From NCBI GenBank assembly GCA_964491535.1, contig CAZBGR010000002.1:3440-67439 (forward strand): a DNA stretch of 64,000 nucleotides, written 5' to 3'. Origin of the DNA: an uncultured Muribaculaceae bacterium (GTDB taxonomy: Bacteria > Bacillota_I > Bacilli_A > RF39 > UBA660). A program made the position numbers and the translations under genes. The notes under the pieces are model-generated. The model saw only the letters and a program-made list of their open reading frames with translations. It searched no databases and was not told where the DNA came from. Positions 1-9,831 of this stretch are shown piece by piece (positions within the stretch are counted from its first letter, which is position 1; each line of letters begins with the position of its first letter).

Positions 1-809
1 GTAGTTGGCGAAGTGATCCATACTTTTTTCTTATTAGCATATTCAATGATTTCTTGATGATAAGCATTTAACTCGGCAAAAATAGCTTCCGCTGGTAAAA
101 ACATAATCGCTTGCTCAGCAGTAACTGAAGGCATAATATATTTATTAGCTATTGTATCAATATGGAACTTTACATCATTTTTAAATTCTTTTTCAGCTTT
201 TTCACGTTCATTTTTACTTTTGTTTTTATCAACCATTATCTGATAATTTTCTAAAGGGAATTTAGCATCAATTGCAATCATTCCTAAAGGAGAAGGGGCA
301 AATAAAACAGCATCTGCTATTAAATTATTAGGTAAAGTATATTGCATTTGATAAATAGTATCATTTTTTTCACCAAAAATATTAGCTAAAATATGTTTTA
401 AATTAACTTCCCCAAAAATACCCCTTGTTTTCTTATCAGTAAGAATACTTTGTAGAGATACTATATCTAAAGATAAAGCATCTATTTTCTTTTGAGCTTC
501 ATCTATTTTAGATAAGCGTTCTAAAATAGAAGTAAATGTTTTATTGGACTTTTCAAAACTATGCTCTAAACGTTCATTAACCCGATCACTTATTTGATTT
601 AAGCGTTGTTCTAACCTTTCATTTAAACGATTAAAATCATCGTTTAAATGATGATTAACCTCGTTTTTAAAAGCCCCCATCTCTTTAGCTAGATTAGTTT
701 CAAAACGACCTAATCTTTCAATTATATTACCTTCATTAATATTCCTAAATAAATTAAAAATAGATATTATTAAAACTAAAAGTAAAACACTAAATATAAT
801 ATATTCCAT
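1..809 (-). CDS. rmuC: DNA recombination protein RmuC, N-terminal ~270 aa; the 3' end runs off the window start
   Basis: Own minus-strand translation from ATG at 807-809 (AAAGGA RBS upstream) gives MEYIIFSVLLL... with IDAKFPLENY and IMFLPAEAIF motifs typical of RmuC. Absent from the ORF track because it is open at the window edge. Confidence 0.75.
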   Translation of the reverse strand, partial: MEYIIFSVLLLVLIISIFNLFRNINEGNIIERLGRFETNLAKEMGAFKNEVNHHLNDDFNRLNERLEQRLNQISDRVNERLEHSFEKSNKTFTSILERLSKIDEAQKKIDALSLDIVSLQSILTDKKTRGIFGEVNLKHILANIFGEKNDTIYQMQYTLPNNLIADAVLFAPSPLGMIAIDAKFPLENYQIMVDKNKSKNEREKAEKEFKNDVKFHIDTIANKYIMPSVTAEQAIMFLPAEAIFAELNAYHQEIIEYANKKKVWITSPT

Positions 810-842
810 TTTATCATCCTTTCTCCATTAAATTATAAATAA

Positions 843-1235
843 TTACTTATTTATTTCAGATAAAATATAATTTACATCTTCAATCACTTTATCAATATTT
901 CTAAGCCCATTACCAATAGGATAATATACCGGATACACTTTATAAGTAATATTATTAATTGTTTTATAAAAATAACATTTGCGACAATCAGCTACTTTTA
1001 ACTTCTTATTTAAAAAGATAGAGCTTACTTGATTACCAAAAGTAATAATTATTTTAGGCCTTATTATATCAAGTTCTTGAGCTAATAAATTTAAATATTT
1101 ACGATATATATTATCAGATAAACGCCTAGCATCCTCTTGAGTCGCTTTAGCTAAATTAGTTAAATAACATTTGTTTTTTGTTATATTATTATAGATTAAA
1201 TTAACTAAAGCTTCATCCCCACTATATTTTAACAT
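843..1235 (-). CDS. Truncated uracil-DNA glycosylase superfamily (family 4/5-like) protein lacking the N-terminal motif A
   Basis: The 130-aa ORF aligns by eye to the C-terminal two-thirds of family-4 UDGs: CYLTNLAKA (compare V-Y-I-T-N-V-V-K-C), RPKIIITFGNQV, and YKVYPVYYPIG in place of the HPS motif. There is no GE(A/G)PG motif and no room upstream, because the next gene ends at 1256. Confidence 0.45.
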   Translation of the reverse strand: MLKYSGDEALVNLIYNNITKNKCYLTNLAKATQEDARRLSDNIYRKYLNLLAQELDIIRPKIIITFGNQVSSIFLNKKLKVADCRKCYFYKTINNITYKVYPVYYPIGNGLRNIDKVIEDVNYILSEINK

Positions 1236-1255
1236 AATAATTTATAATATAATAA

Positions 1256-1831
1256 TTATCTCTTAATTAGCTTTTTCTGAATCAATAAAGTAATAACATA
1301 CGCTAAAGACATCATTACTATTAATTCTAATAAAACAATAGGATTATGAAGACTATCAATAAAACCAGAACCTACATAGCCCCAAAAGTAAACAATCGAT
1401 ATTTTACCAATAATAATTGCAATTAAAAAGGTTTTAAACGGCATCTTAGATAAACCACAAGCAATATTAATCCAAAAGGCTGGACCAAAAGGAAGAGCTG
1501 CTACTAAAGTTAAATTTACTAAATTAAGATTACTGACAAATTTCATAAATTTACTCATTTTACCATCAATTTTAAGACGACGATATAAAAATTTGCTAAA
1601 TCCTTTTCTAAAAAGATAAAACGAAATAATGCACCCAATAATAGTTCCAATCCACGAGATTAAAAATCCGACTATAGGTCCAAAAACGATCATATTTAGA
1701 GCAATAAAAGCCGCTAAAGGTAAAATAGGAATAATGGATTCAATAATAATAATTAATAACCCAGAGACAAAGCCAAACTTCATCATAATCCCTGTAACCA
1801 TCGCAATAATACTTTCAATAATAACTATCAT
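1256..1831 (-). CDS. TVP38/TMEM64 (DedA/SNARE-associated, VTT-domain) family membrane protein
   Basis: 191 aa, multiple TM helices, residue pattern typical of the VTT/DedA family. Confidence 0.6.
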   Translation of the reverse strand: MIVIIESIIAMVTGIMMKFGFVSGLLIIIIESIIPILPLAAFIALNMIVFGPIVGFLISWIGTIIGCIISFYLFRKGFSKFLYRRLKIDGKMSKFMKFVSNLNLVNLTLVAALPFGPAFWINIACGLSKMPFKTFLIAIIIGKISIVYFWGYVGSGFIDSLHNPIVLLELIVMMSLAYVITLLIQKKLIKR

Positions 1832-1866
1832 ATTTAATTACCTCATCACTATTATAATACAAAAAA

Positions 1867-2619
1867 TTAATTAAGTTTGTTTTTATTTTGTTTATAAATA
1901 ACCCTACTTAAATAAAGACCTTCAGAATGAGCTTTATTATTTATAGTTACTTTATTTAATAACAAGTCTTTTATAAAATCTGCATCCTTTTTAAAAGCAC
2001 CTATTTCTATTAAAGCAGCTACCATGTTTCTAATTTGATACCTTAAAAAACCATTACCTAAGAATGAAAAAGTTAATTCATTTCCCTTTTTGATAACTTT
2101 TATCTTTAATAGCTTCCTAATACTACTTCCTTTTTGTTCGCTTTTATTAGTAAAAGCTATAAAATCATGAGATCCTTTTAAATATTTAAGGGCTTTTTTT
2201 ATTCTTTTCAAACTTAAAGGTTGATTATATTGATATATTAATTTTCTTGTTAAAGGATTATAAACACCTAAATTAATTTTATAAAGATATTCTTTAGCTA
2301 AAACATCAAAGCGAGCATGAAAATCATCATTTACTTTAATTACTTTTTTAATATAAAGATCATTATCAGGATAGCTATTTAAAAAGCCTTTTAGTTTAAA
2401 AGGGCTAATTTCTTTATCTAAATCAAAATGAGCCGTTTGATTTAAAGCATGAACCCCTGTATCCGTTCTCCCTGACGCATAAATAATTACTTCTTTATTA
2501 TTGTTTAATTTAGTTAAAGCTTTTTCAAGGGATCCTTGAATAGTTCTTAAACCCAGTTGCCGTTGATAGCCATGATAAAGACTACCATCGTAACTGAAAG
2601 TTATTAAGTAACGACTCAC
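1867..2619 (-). CDS. truA: tRNA pseudouridine(38-40) synthase TruA
   Basis: GSLYHGYQRQ and RTDTGVHALNQ catalytic motifs. Conserved position downstream of ecfT. Confidence 0.9.
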   Translation of the reverse strand: MSRYLITFSYDGSLYHGYQRQLGLRTIQGSLEKALTKLNNNKEVIIYASGRTDTGVHALNQTAHFDLDKEISPFKLKGFLNSYPDNDLYIKKVIKVNDDFHARFDVLAKEYLYKINLGVYNPLTRKLIYQYNQPLSLKRIKKALKYLKGSHDFIAFTNKSEQKGSSIRKLLKIKVIKKGNELTFSFLGNGFLRYQIRNMVAALIEIGAFKKDADFIKDLLLNKVTINNKAHSEGLYLSRVIYKQNKNKLN

Positions 2620-3383
2620 TTTAAGACCTTTAAAATAATAAAGAATAAAGTTATCATCAGCAATAAAAGAAAGATTATAAAAATAAGATAATCAATTAAA
2701 AGCCATTTCTTTTTAATTAATGTTTTTTTGTTTAAATCAAATAATTTAACTTCTAAAGCATCGGCGATATCATCTGCTCTTCTTAATGATAAAATAAACA
2801 TTGGCAATAGCATCGATGATAACGCTAAAGCTTTGTGTTTAAAACGACCATATTTAAAATCGATCCCTCGACTTGCTTGAGCTTTTATAATCTTTTCAGC
2901 TTGAATAAAAATAAGAGGAATAAATTTAAAAGCTAATGATAATGATAAACTTAATTGTTTTACTGGAAATTTTAGTTTTGATAAAGGATTAAATAATTTT
3001 TCCAAACCGTATATTATATCTTTAAAAGTAGTTGTATAAATAATCATCATACTATATAAAACACTAATTATAACTTTTAAAATCATAATAAAAGATACCA
3101 TAAAAGATACTTTAACAATTAAATTAATTATAATAATAAAAACAATTAAAGTTTTTAAACTATTAAGTACCCTTAAATATAAAATTAAAGGAATTTTTGA
3201 TAAAAATATCATTATTAAAATTAAAAGAGATATAGTAATTAGTAACCATAATTCATGATTAATTAACATTAAAATAACTAAAATTAAAAGGCTTAGAAAT
3301 TTAGTTAAAGGATTTAAGCGATGAATTATGGAAGAAGCGGGATAATAACTACCAATATTTAGGTTAAACATTGCGATAAACAT
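2616..3383 (-). CDS. ecfT: Energy-coupling factor transporter transmembrane component EcfT
   Basis: Polytopic membrane protein immediately after two EcfA ATPases; overlaps truA by 4 nt. Canonical ecfA-ecfA'-ecfT-truA arrangement of Firmicutes. Confidence 0.85.
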   Translation of the reverse strand: MFIAMFNLNIGSYYPASSIIHRLNPLTKFLSLLILVILMLINHELWLLITISLLILIMIFLSKIPLILYLRVLNSLKTLIVFIIIINLIVKVSFMVSFIMILKVIISVLYSMMIIYTTTFKDIIYGLEKLFNPLSKLKFPVKQLSLSLSLAFKFIPLIFIQAEKIIKAQASRGIDFKYGRFKHKALALSSMLLPMFILSLRRADDIADALEVKLFDLNKKTLIKKKWLLIDYLIFIIFLLLLMITLFFIILKVLK

Positions 3384-4212
3384 CCTTTATTAAATCTTTT
3401 ATATCAATATGATTACCCAAGGTTATATTTTTTTTCTTTTTTACTTTTTGAATAAAGTCAACTATTCTTGGTTTTCTTAGATAATCATTGTTAAAGATTG
3501 ATGGTTGATTAAATATTGTTTCCTTTTTACCCACTCTGATAAGATTACCTTTATCTAAAATAACTAAATAATCAACTATTTGATATAATAAATCAAGATC
3601 ATGACTACTAATAATAATTGTTTTATGATATCTATCTCTCAATAATTTTAAATTTTTAATTAACATTTGTTTTCCATTATAATCTAAACCAGCAGTAGGT
3701 TCATCTAAAACAATGACCTTAGGATTGAAAATTAAAACAGAAGCGATTGCTACTTTTCTTTTTTCACCACTACTTAAATTAAAAGGATTTAATTTTAAAT
3801 AACTATCATCAAGTCCTACCATCATTAAAGCTTCGCTGACTCTTTTTTTTATAATATCTTTTTTATATTTAAACTTTCTTAAAGCGAAAGCAATTTCCTT
3901 TTCAACAGTTGAATTAAAAAATTGCTCCTCTGGATACTGAAAAACAAGGCCAATTAAAGAGCGTAAACTATTAATTGTTTTAGCTTTGGTGTGTTTTTTT
4001 AATTGATAATTGTCAATTTCTATGATTCCACTAGTAGGTAATAATAAACCATTAATTAGTTCTAATAATGTTGTTTTACCACTACCGGAAACACCAGTTA
4101 TGCCATTAATTTTTTCTTTTTCTAAAGTAAATGATATATCTAAAAGGGCTAAAGTTTTTTGTTTATTAGGTTGGTGATATACATAACTCACTTTATCAAA
4201 TCTTATATCCAT
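3364..4212 (-). CDS. ecfA2: ECF transporter ATPase EcfA2
   Basis: Walker A GVSGSGKTT, ABC signature LSGGEKRKV, Walker B VLDEPTAGLD. Confidence 0.9.
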   Translation of the reverse strand: MDIRFDKVSYVYHQPNKQKTLALLDISFTLEKEKINGITGVSGSGKTTLLELINGLLLPTSGIIEIDNYQLKKHTKAKTINSLRSLIGLVFQYPEEQFFNSTVEKEIAFALRKFKYKKDIIKKRVSEALMMVGLDDSYLKLNPFNLSSGEKRKVAIASVLIFNPKVIVLDEPTAGLDYNGKQMLIKNLKLLRDRYHKTIIISSHDLDLLYQIVDYLVILDKGNLIRVGKKETIFNQPSIFNNDYLRKPRIVDFIQKVKKKKNITLGNHIDIKDLIKDVYRNV

Positions 4213-5012
4213 AACAAATCAACCATCTCATCCACATCATAAATAATGGTTTTAATTAAACCATATAAATATAACTTAATTGACAAATCAACCATAAAAG
4301 GTACTTCTAAACCAATTCGATAAAAAACCTTGTCCTTTTTTAAAACCTCATGACTAGGTCCATCTAATAAAATAAGACCTTTATTTAAAACTATTAAACG
4401 ATCACTTAAATGGGTTCCTTCTAAATTATGAGTAACATTAATAATTGTTAAATTATCTTCACGATGAATTTTAGTTAAAAGGTTTAACATATCTTCTCTT
4501 TCATAAAAATCAAGCATTGAAAAAGCATCATCTAAAATTAAAAGTTTAGGTTTAGTAATTAAAACAGCTGCTAAAGCTACTTTTTGTTTTTCTCCACCAC
4601 TTAATGAATGAGGATTACGATTTAAAAGATTATCTATTCTTAACCTAATCGCCATTTCATTAACTCTATTATCAATTTCCATCTTATCATAATCTAAATT
4701 ATCCAAAGTTAAAGATATTTCATCCCTAACTGTTTCATTAATAAATTGATTGTCCACATTTTCAAACACAATCCCCATTAATGATCTTATTTTTTTTATA
4801 TTTTCTTTATTTAAAGCTAAATCATTAATTATAATTTCTCCATTTAATTTTAATAAACCACTTAATAATTTAACCAAAGTTGTTTTGCCACTATTATTAG
4901 GACCAGCTATGGTAAGCCATTCTCCTTCTTTAATAATTATATTAAGTTTATCTAAAATTAATTTATCACTATATTTAAAAGATAAATCTTTAATTATAAT
5001 TAAATCCTTCAT
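4203..5012 (-). CDS. ecfA1: ECF transporter ATPase EcfA1
   Basis: Walker A GPNNSGKTT, signature LSGGEKQKV, Walker B LILDDAFSMLD. Confidence 0.9.
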   Translation of the reverse strand: MKDLIIIKDLSFKYSDKLILDKLNIIIKEGEWLTIAGPNNSGKTTLVKLLSGLLKLNGEIIINDLALNKENIKKIRSLMGIVFENVDNQFINETVRDEISLTLDNLDYDKMEIDNRVNEMAIRLRIDNLLNRNPHSLSGGEKQKVALAAVLITKPKLLILDDAFSMLDFYEREDMLNLLTKIHREDNLTIINVTHNLEGTHLSDRLIVLNKGLILLDGPSHEVLKKDKVFYRIGLEVPFMVDLSIKLYLYGLIKTIIYDVDEMVDLLWI

Positions 5013-5098
5013 TTTATCGCCCCACTATCTATCTTATTATACTAAAAAAAGAAAGAAAACAAAAATTTTCTTCGTTTTCTCATTTTTATGATAAGTTA

Positions 5099-5857
5099 TT
5101 ATAAAACACTCTTTTTTCTTCTTTGAATATGATAAGTAATAATTAAAGACCATTTTAAAGGCATAATTTTACCTAAAAGATATAATAATTTCATATGAAA
5201 ACCAGGAATAATAAGTAATTTCTTTTTAAACATCATTTCAATCCCATATTTAGCTACTACTTCGCTCTTTAATGATTTAAGATTAAATTCAACACCAGCT
5301 ACTTTATTAAAATTAGTTGAAACTGGTCCTGGACATAAAGCTGATACAACTACTTTACTTTTTTCTTTTCTTAATTCTTCATAAATAGCCATTGTTAATC
5401 TTAAAATATAGGCTTTAGTAGCATAATAAGTAGCCATTAAAGGCCCTGCTTGAAAAGCTGATGATGAAGATACATTTAGAATATAACCTCTATTTCTTTT
5501 TTTCATATCTATTAAAAATAATTTGGTTAATAAATGGACTGTTTTTATATTTAGATTTATCATTGATAATTCTTTATCTAAATTAGTTTTATTAAACAAA
5601 CCAAAAACACCAAAACCAGCATTATTAACTAAGATTTCAATGTTTTCATGTTTTAACATTTCATATAATTGATAACTATTTTCAATTACTGATAAATCAA
5701 GTGCAATGGTTTTAACTTTCGTTTTGAACTCTTTTTTTACTTTAGCTAATTCATCTTTATCTCTAGCTACTAAGAAAAGATCATAGCCTAATTTGCTAAG
5801 ATACAAAGCTATATCTTTCCCTATTCCAGAAGTTGCCCCAGTAATTAGTGCTTTCAT
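5099..5857 (-). CDS. Short-chain dehydrogenase/reductase (SDR) family oxidoreductase
   Basis: TGATSGIGK Rossmann motif, NNAG, catalytic YxxxK (YYATK). Confidence 0.85.
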   Translation of the reverse strand: MKALITGATSGIGKDIALYLSKLGYDLFLVARDKDELAKVKKEFKTKVKTIALDLSVIENSYQLYEMLKHENIEILVNNAGFGVFGLFNKTNLDKELSMINLNIKTVHLLTKLFLIDMKKRNRGYILNVSSSSAFQAGPLMATYYATKAYILRLTMAIYEELRKEKSKVVVSALCPGPVSTNFNKVAGVEFNLKSLKSEVVAKYGIEMMFKKKLLIIPGFHMKLLYLLGKIMPLKWSLIITYHIQRRKKSVL

Positions 5858-5882
5858 ATGACCTACTTTCTAGTTTAAAAGA

Positions 5883-6224
5883 TTAAACTAATTCTAATTT
5901 GACCATTAAGGCACCATCGCCTCTTCTTTCTTCTAATTTATAAATTCTAGTATAACCACCTTTACGTTCTTGATAACGAGAAGCTATATAATTAAAAAGT
6001 TTTTTTACCACGGTCTTATCATTATGGAGGAAAGCTAAAGCTTTTCTTCTAGCTCCTAATGAACCATCTTTAGCATAAGAAATCATCTTAGCTACCTTTC
6101 TTTGGACCTCTTTAGCGCGTTTTTCAGTAGTTATAATTGATTCTTTAATGATTACTTCTTTAGTTAAATTAGCTAATAACGCTCGACGATGATTAGTATC
6201 CCGTCCTAATTTAAGATAAGCCAT
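5883..6224 (-). CDS. rplQ: 50S ribosomal protein L17
   Basis: MAYLKLGRDTNHRRALLANL... typical L17. Confidence 0.95.
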   Translation of the reverse strand: MAYLKLGRDTNHRRALLANLTKEVIIKESIITTEKRAKEVQRKVAKMISYAKDGSLGARRKALAFLHNDKTVVKKLFNYIASRYQERKGGYTRIYKLEERRGDGALMVKLELV

Positions 6225-6236
6225 TCTTAAATCCTC

Positions 6237-7181
6237 CTATTCTTCTTTTTTAAAACTAAGATCTAGTTCTTTTACTTTATCTGTAACTTCTTTTAATGAT
6301 TTTTTACCTAAGTTTCTTACTTTTTGCATTTCTAATTCTGTTTTATCAATTAAATCTGCTACCGTTTTAATATTAATTCTATTTAAACAATTAAAAGCTC
6401 TAACTGATAATTCTAAATCTTCAATTGGTTTTTCTAAAACCTTTTGTTTAGGATCTTCTTCATTTTGTTTCATTAAACCTCTAATCGCTTCTGTAAATTC
6501 GGGGTTATGAAATTTTTCTAATTGAGCGATTAAAATACTAGCTGCTTTAGCTAAAGCTTCTTCAGGTAAAATAGATCCTTTAGTCCAAACATCTATTATT
6601 AATTTATCATAATTAGCATCTTGACCAACTCTAGCTGTCTCCACTTCAAAATTAACTCTTTCAATTGGTGAATATAATGAATCAATAGCAATTACTCCGA
6701 TTTTATCATTCGTAATATATTTTTTATTTTCTTCAGCTAAGATATAACCTCGTCCTCTACTAACGGTTACTTCCATTTCTAATTTAGCATCTTTCGCTAA
6801 AGTAGCAATTACTTGATCATGATTACATATTTCAATATCTGGTTTTTTTTCTAACATTCCGGCTGTTAGAACACCTTCTCCATTAGCTCTTACTTTAATA
6901 ATAACATCTTCTTCATTATTTTTTCTAACAACAACTCTTTTTAAATTTAAAACAATAGTTACGACATCTTCAATTATACCTTCAATAGTTTGAAATTCAT
7001 GTAATACTCCATCAAGATAAACACTTCTAATAGCATCTCCTGGCAATGAAGAAAGCATAATCCTTCTTAAAGCATTACCTAAAGTAATTCCAAATCCTCG
7101 TTCTAATGGTTCTAATTCAAAACGACCATAATTTTTTTGATTATAATCAGTGATTTGATACTTTGATTTTTCAAAAATCAA
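6237..7181 (-). CDS. rpoA: DNA-directed RNA polymerase subunit alpha
   Basis: YGRFELEPLERGFGITLGNALRRIMLSS N-terminal domain and C-terminal DLELSVRAFNCL domain. The start is re-set to TTG at 7179-7181 (AAGGA RBS 6 nt upstream), giving MIFEKSKYQITDY, which matches RpoA N-termini. The ORF-track extension to 7352 overlaps rpsK and is rejected. Confidence 0.85.
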   Translation of the reverse strand: MIFEKSKYQITDYNQKNYGRFELEPLERGFGITLGNALRRIMLSSLPGDAIRSVYLDGVLHEFQTIEGIIEDVVTIVLNLKRVVVRKNNEEDVIIKVRANGEGVLTAGMLEKKPDIEICNHDQVIATLAKDAKLEMEVTVSRGRGYILAEENKKYITNDKIGVIAIDSLYSPIERVNFEVETARVGQDANYDKLIIDVWTKGSILPEEALAKAASILIAQLEKFHNPEFTEAIRGLMKQNEEDPKQKVLEKPIEDLELSVRAFNCLNRINIKTVADLIDKTELEMQKVRNLGKKSLKEVTDKVKELDLSFKKEE

Positions 7182-7293
7182 ACTTTGATCCTTACCTTTT
7201 ACAAAATCTAAACTAACATTTAAATCAAACTTACTAGCTTTTTTTGAATCATTAACTTTTTCTTTGGCCACTTTAATCACTCCTTTTCTAAAA

Positions 7294-7677
7294 TTATCCT
7301 CTTGGTTTTTTAGGTGGACGACATCCATTATGGGGAACCGGGGTAACATCATTAATAGCTGTTATTTCTAAACCACTCGATTGTAAAGTTCTCATGGCCA
7401 TTTCCCTAGCCCCACCTAAACCTTTTAAAAATACTTCTACTTTTTTAACTCCGGCTTCAATTGCTTCTTTAGCAGCTGCTTCAGCAGCTACGGAAGCAGC
7501 GAAAGGAGTTTCCTTTTTAGCTCCTTTATAACCTACTGCCCCTGATGAAGAAGCACTTATCTTATTACCACTTTTATCAGTAATCGTAATAATAGTATTA
7601 TTTTGACTAGAATGAATGTGAGCGTAACCTTCAGGAATATTTTTCTTAACTTTTCTCTTTCTTGGTTTATAAGCCAT
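7294..7677 (-). CDS. rpsK: 30S ribosomal protein S11
   Basis: [34 protein letters not shown] ... [12 protein letters not shown]. Confidence 0.95.
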   Translation of the reverse strand: MAYKPRKRKVKKNIPEGYAHIHSSQNNTIITITDKSGNKISASSSGAVGYKGAKKETPFAASVAAEAAAKEAIEAGVKKVEVFLKGLGGAREMAMRTLQSSGLEITAINDVTPVPHNGCRPPKKPRG

Positions 7678-7689
7678 CTCTTTTCCTCC

Positions 7690-8064
7690 TTATTTACTTG
7701 CTTTTTTCTTATTAGCAATTACTTTACCAGGGCCTTTACGAGTTCTAGCATTTCGATTAGTTCTTTGTCCCCTAACCGGTAAGCCTTTACGATGACGAAT
7801 CCCTTGATAACTGCCTATTTCTTGCTTGGTTTTAATATTCATACTAATTTCACGACGTAAATCGCCTTCTACTAAATAATTATTTAATTTATCACGAAGA
7901 TTAAGTAATTCTTCATTATCTAAATCTTTAGCCTTTTTATTAAAATCAATCCCTACCTCACTCAAAATCTTTTGAGCTCTCTTTTTACCAATACCATAAA
8001 TATAAGTTAAAGCTATTTCAATTCGCTTATCATTTGGAATATCAATTCCTTTAATTCGTACCAT
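7690..8064 (-). CDS. rpsM: 30S ribosomal protein S13
   Basis: Start re-set to ATG 8062-8064 (AGGAGGTG RBS), giving [10 protein letters not shown]... The ORF-track N-terminal extension is rejected. Confidence 0.92.
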   Translation of the reverse strand: MVRIKGIDIPNDKRIEIALTYIYGIGKKRAQKILSEVGIDFNKKAKDLDNEELLNLRDKLNNYLVEGDLRREISMNIKTKQEIGSYQGIRHRKGLPVRGQRTNRNARTRKGPGKVIANKKKASK

Positions 8065-8074
8065 GCTCCACCTC

Positions 8075-8188
8075 CTAACCTTGTTTCTGCTTATGCTTGG
8101 GATTTTCACAAATAATTAAAACTTTACCTTTTCGTCTAACTATTTTACATTTAGGACATATCGGTTTTACTGATGGTCTTACTTTCAT
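8075..8188 (-). CDS. rpmJ: 50S ribosomal protein L36 (37 aa)
   Basis: Own translation: [37 protein letters not shown], with GGAGGT RBS. Missing from the ORF track (<60 aa). Confidence 0.9.
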   Translation of the reverse strand: MKVRPSVKPICPKCKIVRRKGKVLIICENPKHKQKQG

Positions 8189-8199
8189 TTTCTAACCTC

Positions 8200-8415
8200 C
8201 TATTTTCGATATATAATTCTACCTTGCGTAATATCGTAAGGTGATAATTCTAATATTACTGTATCACCTGGTAAAATACGAATATTATTCGTTCTTATTT
8301 TACCAGATACATGAGCCGTAATAAGATGTTTATTGTTAATTTCTACCTTAAATTTACCACTTGGTAGTGGTTCTAATACTTTACCTTCTATTTCAATATT
8401 CTTTTTAGTAGCCAT
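8200..8415 (-). CDS. infA: Translation initiation factor IF-1
   Basis: 71-aa S1-like fold, typical IF-1 sequence. Confidence 0.93.
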   Translation of the reverse strand: MATKKNIEIEGKVLEPLPSGKFKVEINNKHLITAHVSGKIRTNNIRILPGDTVILELSPYDITQGRIIYRK

Positions 8416-8419
8416 TTAA

Positions 8420-9166
8420 TCACTCTCCTGTCAAAATTTTATAGCCATTTTTGGTAACTAAAACAGTATGTTCAAAATGAGCGGCTGGTTTACCATCGAC
8501 AGTAGCGATAGCCCAACCATCATCTTTAAGATAAATATCTCTGTTACCTAAATTAATCATCGGTTCAATAGCAATAACCATATTTTTTTTAAGCCTTGGG
8601 CCTGTGTTTGGTTTCCCATAATTAGGAATTTCAGGATCTTCATGTAAATCACTACCAACGCCATGACCTACTAATTCCAAAACGATACTAAAATTATATT
8701 TAGTAATATAACTTTCAATCGCATAACCAATATCACCTACTCGATTACCAGCTTTAACAGATTTAATACCTCGATAAAGAGCCTCTTTAGTATGCTTTAA
8801 TAAAGATTTTAATTTATCATCTATCTTTCCTACTGGATAAGTCCAAGCTGTATCAGCATGATATCCTTGATAATTTACTCCTAAATCAATAGTAATAATA
8901 TCTCCATTTTGTAAGCAATAATTACTTGGTAAGCCATGAACTATTTCATCATTAAGAGAAGTACAAATGGCTTTAGGAAAACCTTTAAAACCTTTAAATG
9001 ATGGACTAGCTCCTAATTTTTTAAGATGAATTTCGGCTAAGGTGTTAAGCTCATTAGTCGTTACCCCAGCTTTGATATGTTTTTCTAAAAATTGAAGAGT
9101 TTTATAAGCAATATTTCCTGCTTTAGTCATCAAAACTATTTCTCTTTCTGTTTTAATAGTAATCAA
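8420..9166 (-). CDS. map: Methionine aminopeptidase type I
   Basis: MITIKTEREIVLMTKAG start consensus; GYHADTAWTYPVG and HGVGSDLHE metal-binding motifs. Probable TTG start at 9164-9166, 1 nt after the adk stop; the ORF-track start is 9187. Confidence 0.88.
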   Translation of the reverse strand: MITIKTEREIVLMTKAGNIAYKTLQFLEKHIKAGVTTNELNTLAEIHLKKLGASPSFKGFKGFPKAICTSLNDEIVHGLPSNYCLQNGDIITIDLGVNYQGYHADTAWTYPVGKIDDKLKSLLKHTKEALYRGIKSVKAGNRVGDIGYAIESYITKYNFSIVLELVGHGVGSDLHEDPEIPNYGKPNTGPRLKKNMVIAIEPMINLGNRDIYLKDDGWAIATVDGKPAAHFEHTVLVTKNGYKILTGE

Positions 9167-9167
9167 A

Positions 9168-9827
9168 TTATTCAACCTTACTTTCAATGATTGCTACTAT
9201 TTCAGCAAACTTACCTTCAATATCTTTATCACCTTCAATTTTAAATAACAATTTTTGTTGTTGATAATAATCAATTAAAGGGGCAGTTTTTTGAAGATAG
9301 TAATCAAATCGTTTATCAAAGGTAGCTTCATTTTCATCATCTTCTCTTTTAGTTAATGATTTCTTACATTTAGAACATTCAAGCTTATCATCAACCTTAA
9401 AAAAAGAAGTATGATAAATAGCTCCACAAGAAGGACAATTAAGTCTTCCTAAGATTCTTTCTTTAGCTAATTCTTTACTAATATCAATAAAGAAAACCAT
9501 CTTAATAGCTCGATTTATTTCTTTGGCTAAGCTATCATATTTTTTAGCTTGATTAAGAGTTCGAGGAAACCCATCTAAAATATAACCTTTAGCATATTTA
9601 TCCTTTTTTATTTCTTCAGCTAAAATAGTTAAAATAGTATCATCATCTATTAAATGACCCTCTTCCATTAACTGTTTAATTTCTTTCGCTAATTTATTAT
9701 CTGATTTAATAAATTCCCTAAGTAAATCACCTGTTGATAGATGAGGTAACTTATATTTTTCTTGAATTAGTTTCGCTTGAGTCCCTTTCCCAGCAGCAGG
9801 TGGGGCTAATAAAACAATATTTTTGAT
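9168..9827 (-). CDS. adk: Adenylate kinase, full length with a non-canonical start
   Basis: The frame is open from 9854 down and encodes the P-loop LLAPPAAGKGTQ upstream of the ORF-track Met at 9668, and also the lid-domain zinc motif CPSCG...CSKC. The only candidate starts near the P-loop are ATC at 9825-9827 or ATT at 9816-9818, directly downstream of a GAAGGTGA RBS-like sequence that contains the secY TGA stop. Confidence 0.7.
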   Translation of the reverse strand: MKNIVLLAPPAAGKGTQAKLIQEKYKLPHLSTGDLLREFIKSDNKLAKEIKQLMEEGHLIDDDTILTILAEEIKKDKYAKGYILDGFPRTLNQAKKYDSLAKEINRAIKMVFFIDISKELAKERILGRLNCPSCGAIYHTSFFKVDDKLECSKCKKSLTKREDDENEATFDKRFDYYLQKTAPLIDYYQQQKLLFKIEGDKDIEGKFAEIVAIIESKVE

Positions 9828-9831
9828 AAGA

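Noticed and set aside
1629-1874. Other plus-strand or antisense ORFs: 1629-1874, 4750-5091, 11841-12065, 14410-14607, 22995-23204, 25804-26064(-), 29968-30150, 34851-35039, 35386-35613, 47441-47623, 49917-50099, 58269-58469
   Set aside because: All are embedded antisense in well-supported genes, are low-complexity I/L/F/K-rich as expected for AT-rich DNA, and have no RBS or motif.
7182-7352. ORF-track N-terminal extension of rpoA ([17 protein letters not shown]...) overlapping the 3' end of rpsK
   Set aside because: It does not resemble RpoA and overlaps rpsK in another frame. The internal TTG at 7179-7181 with an AAGGA RBS gives the canonical MIFEKSK... N-terminus.
8065-8109. ORF-track N-terminal extensions of rpsM, and similarly of rplF (12970-12990), rpsH (13383-13409), rplE (14151-14168), rplN (14832-14873) and rplP (15729-15737)
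   Set aside because: Each has a strong GGAGG-type RBS correctly spaced before an internal ATG that gives the conserved r-protein N-terminus. The longer versions overlap the upstream gene.
9168-9668. adk start at the internal Met as given by the ORF track
   Set aside because: It would delete the P-loop (GxxGxGK), which is clearly encoded in-frame upstream.
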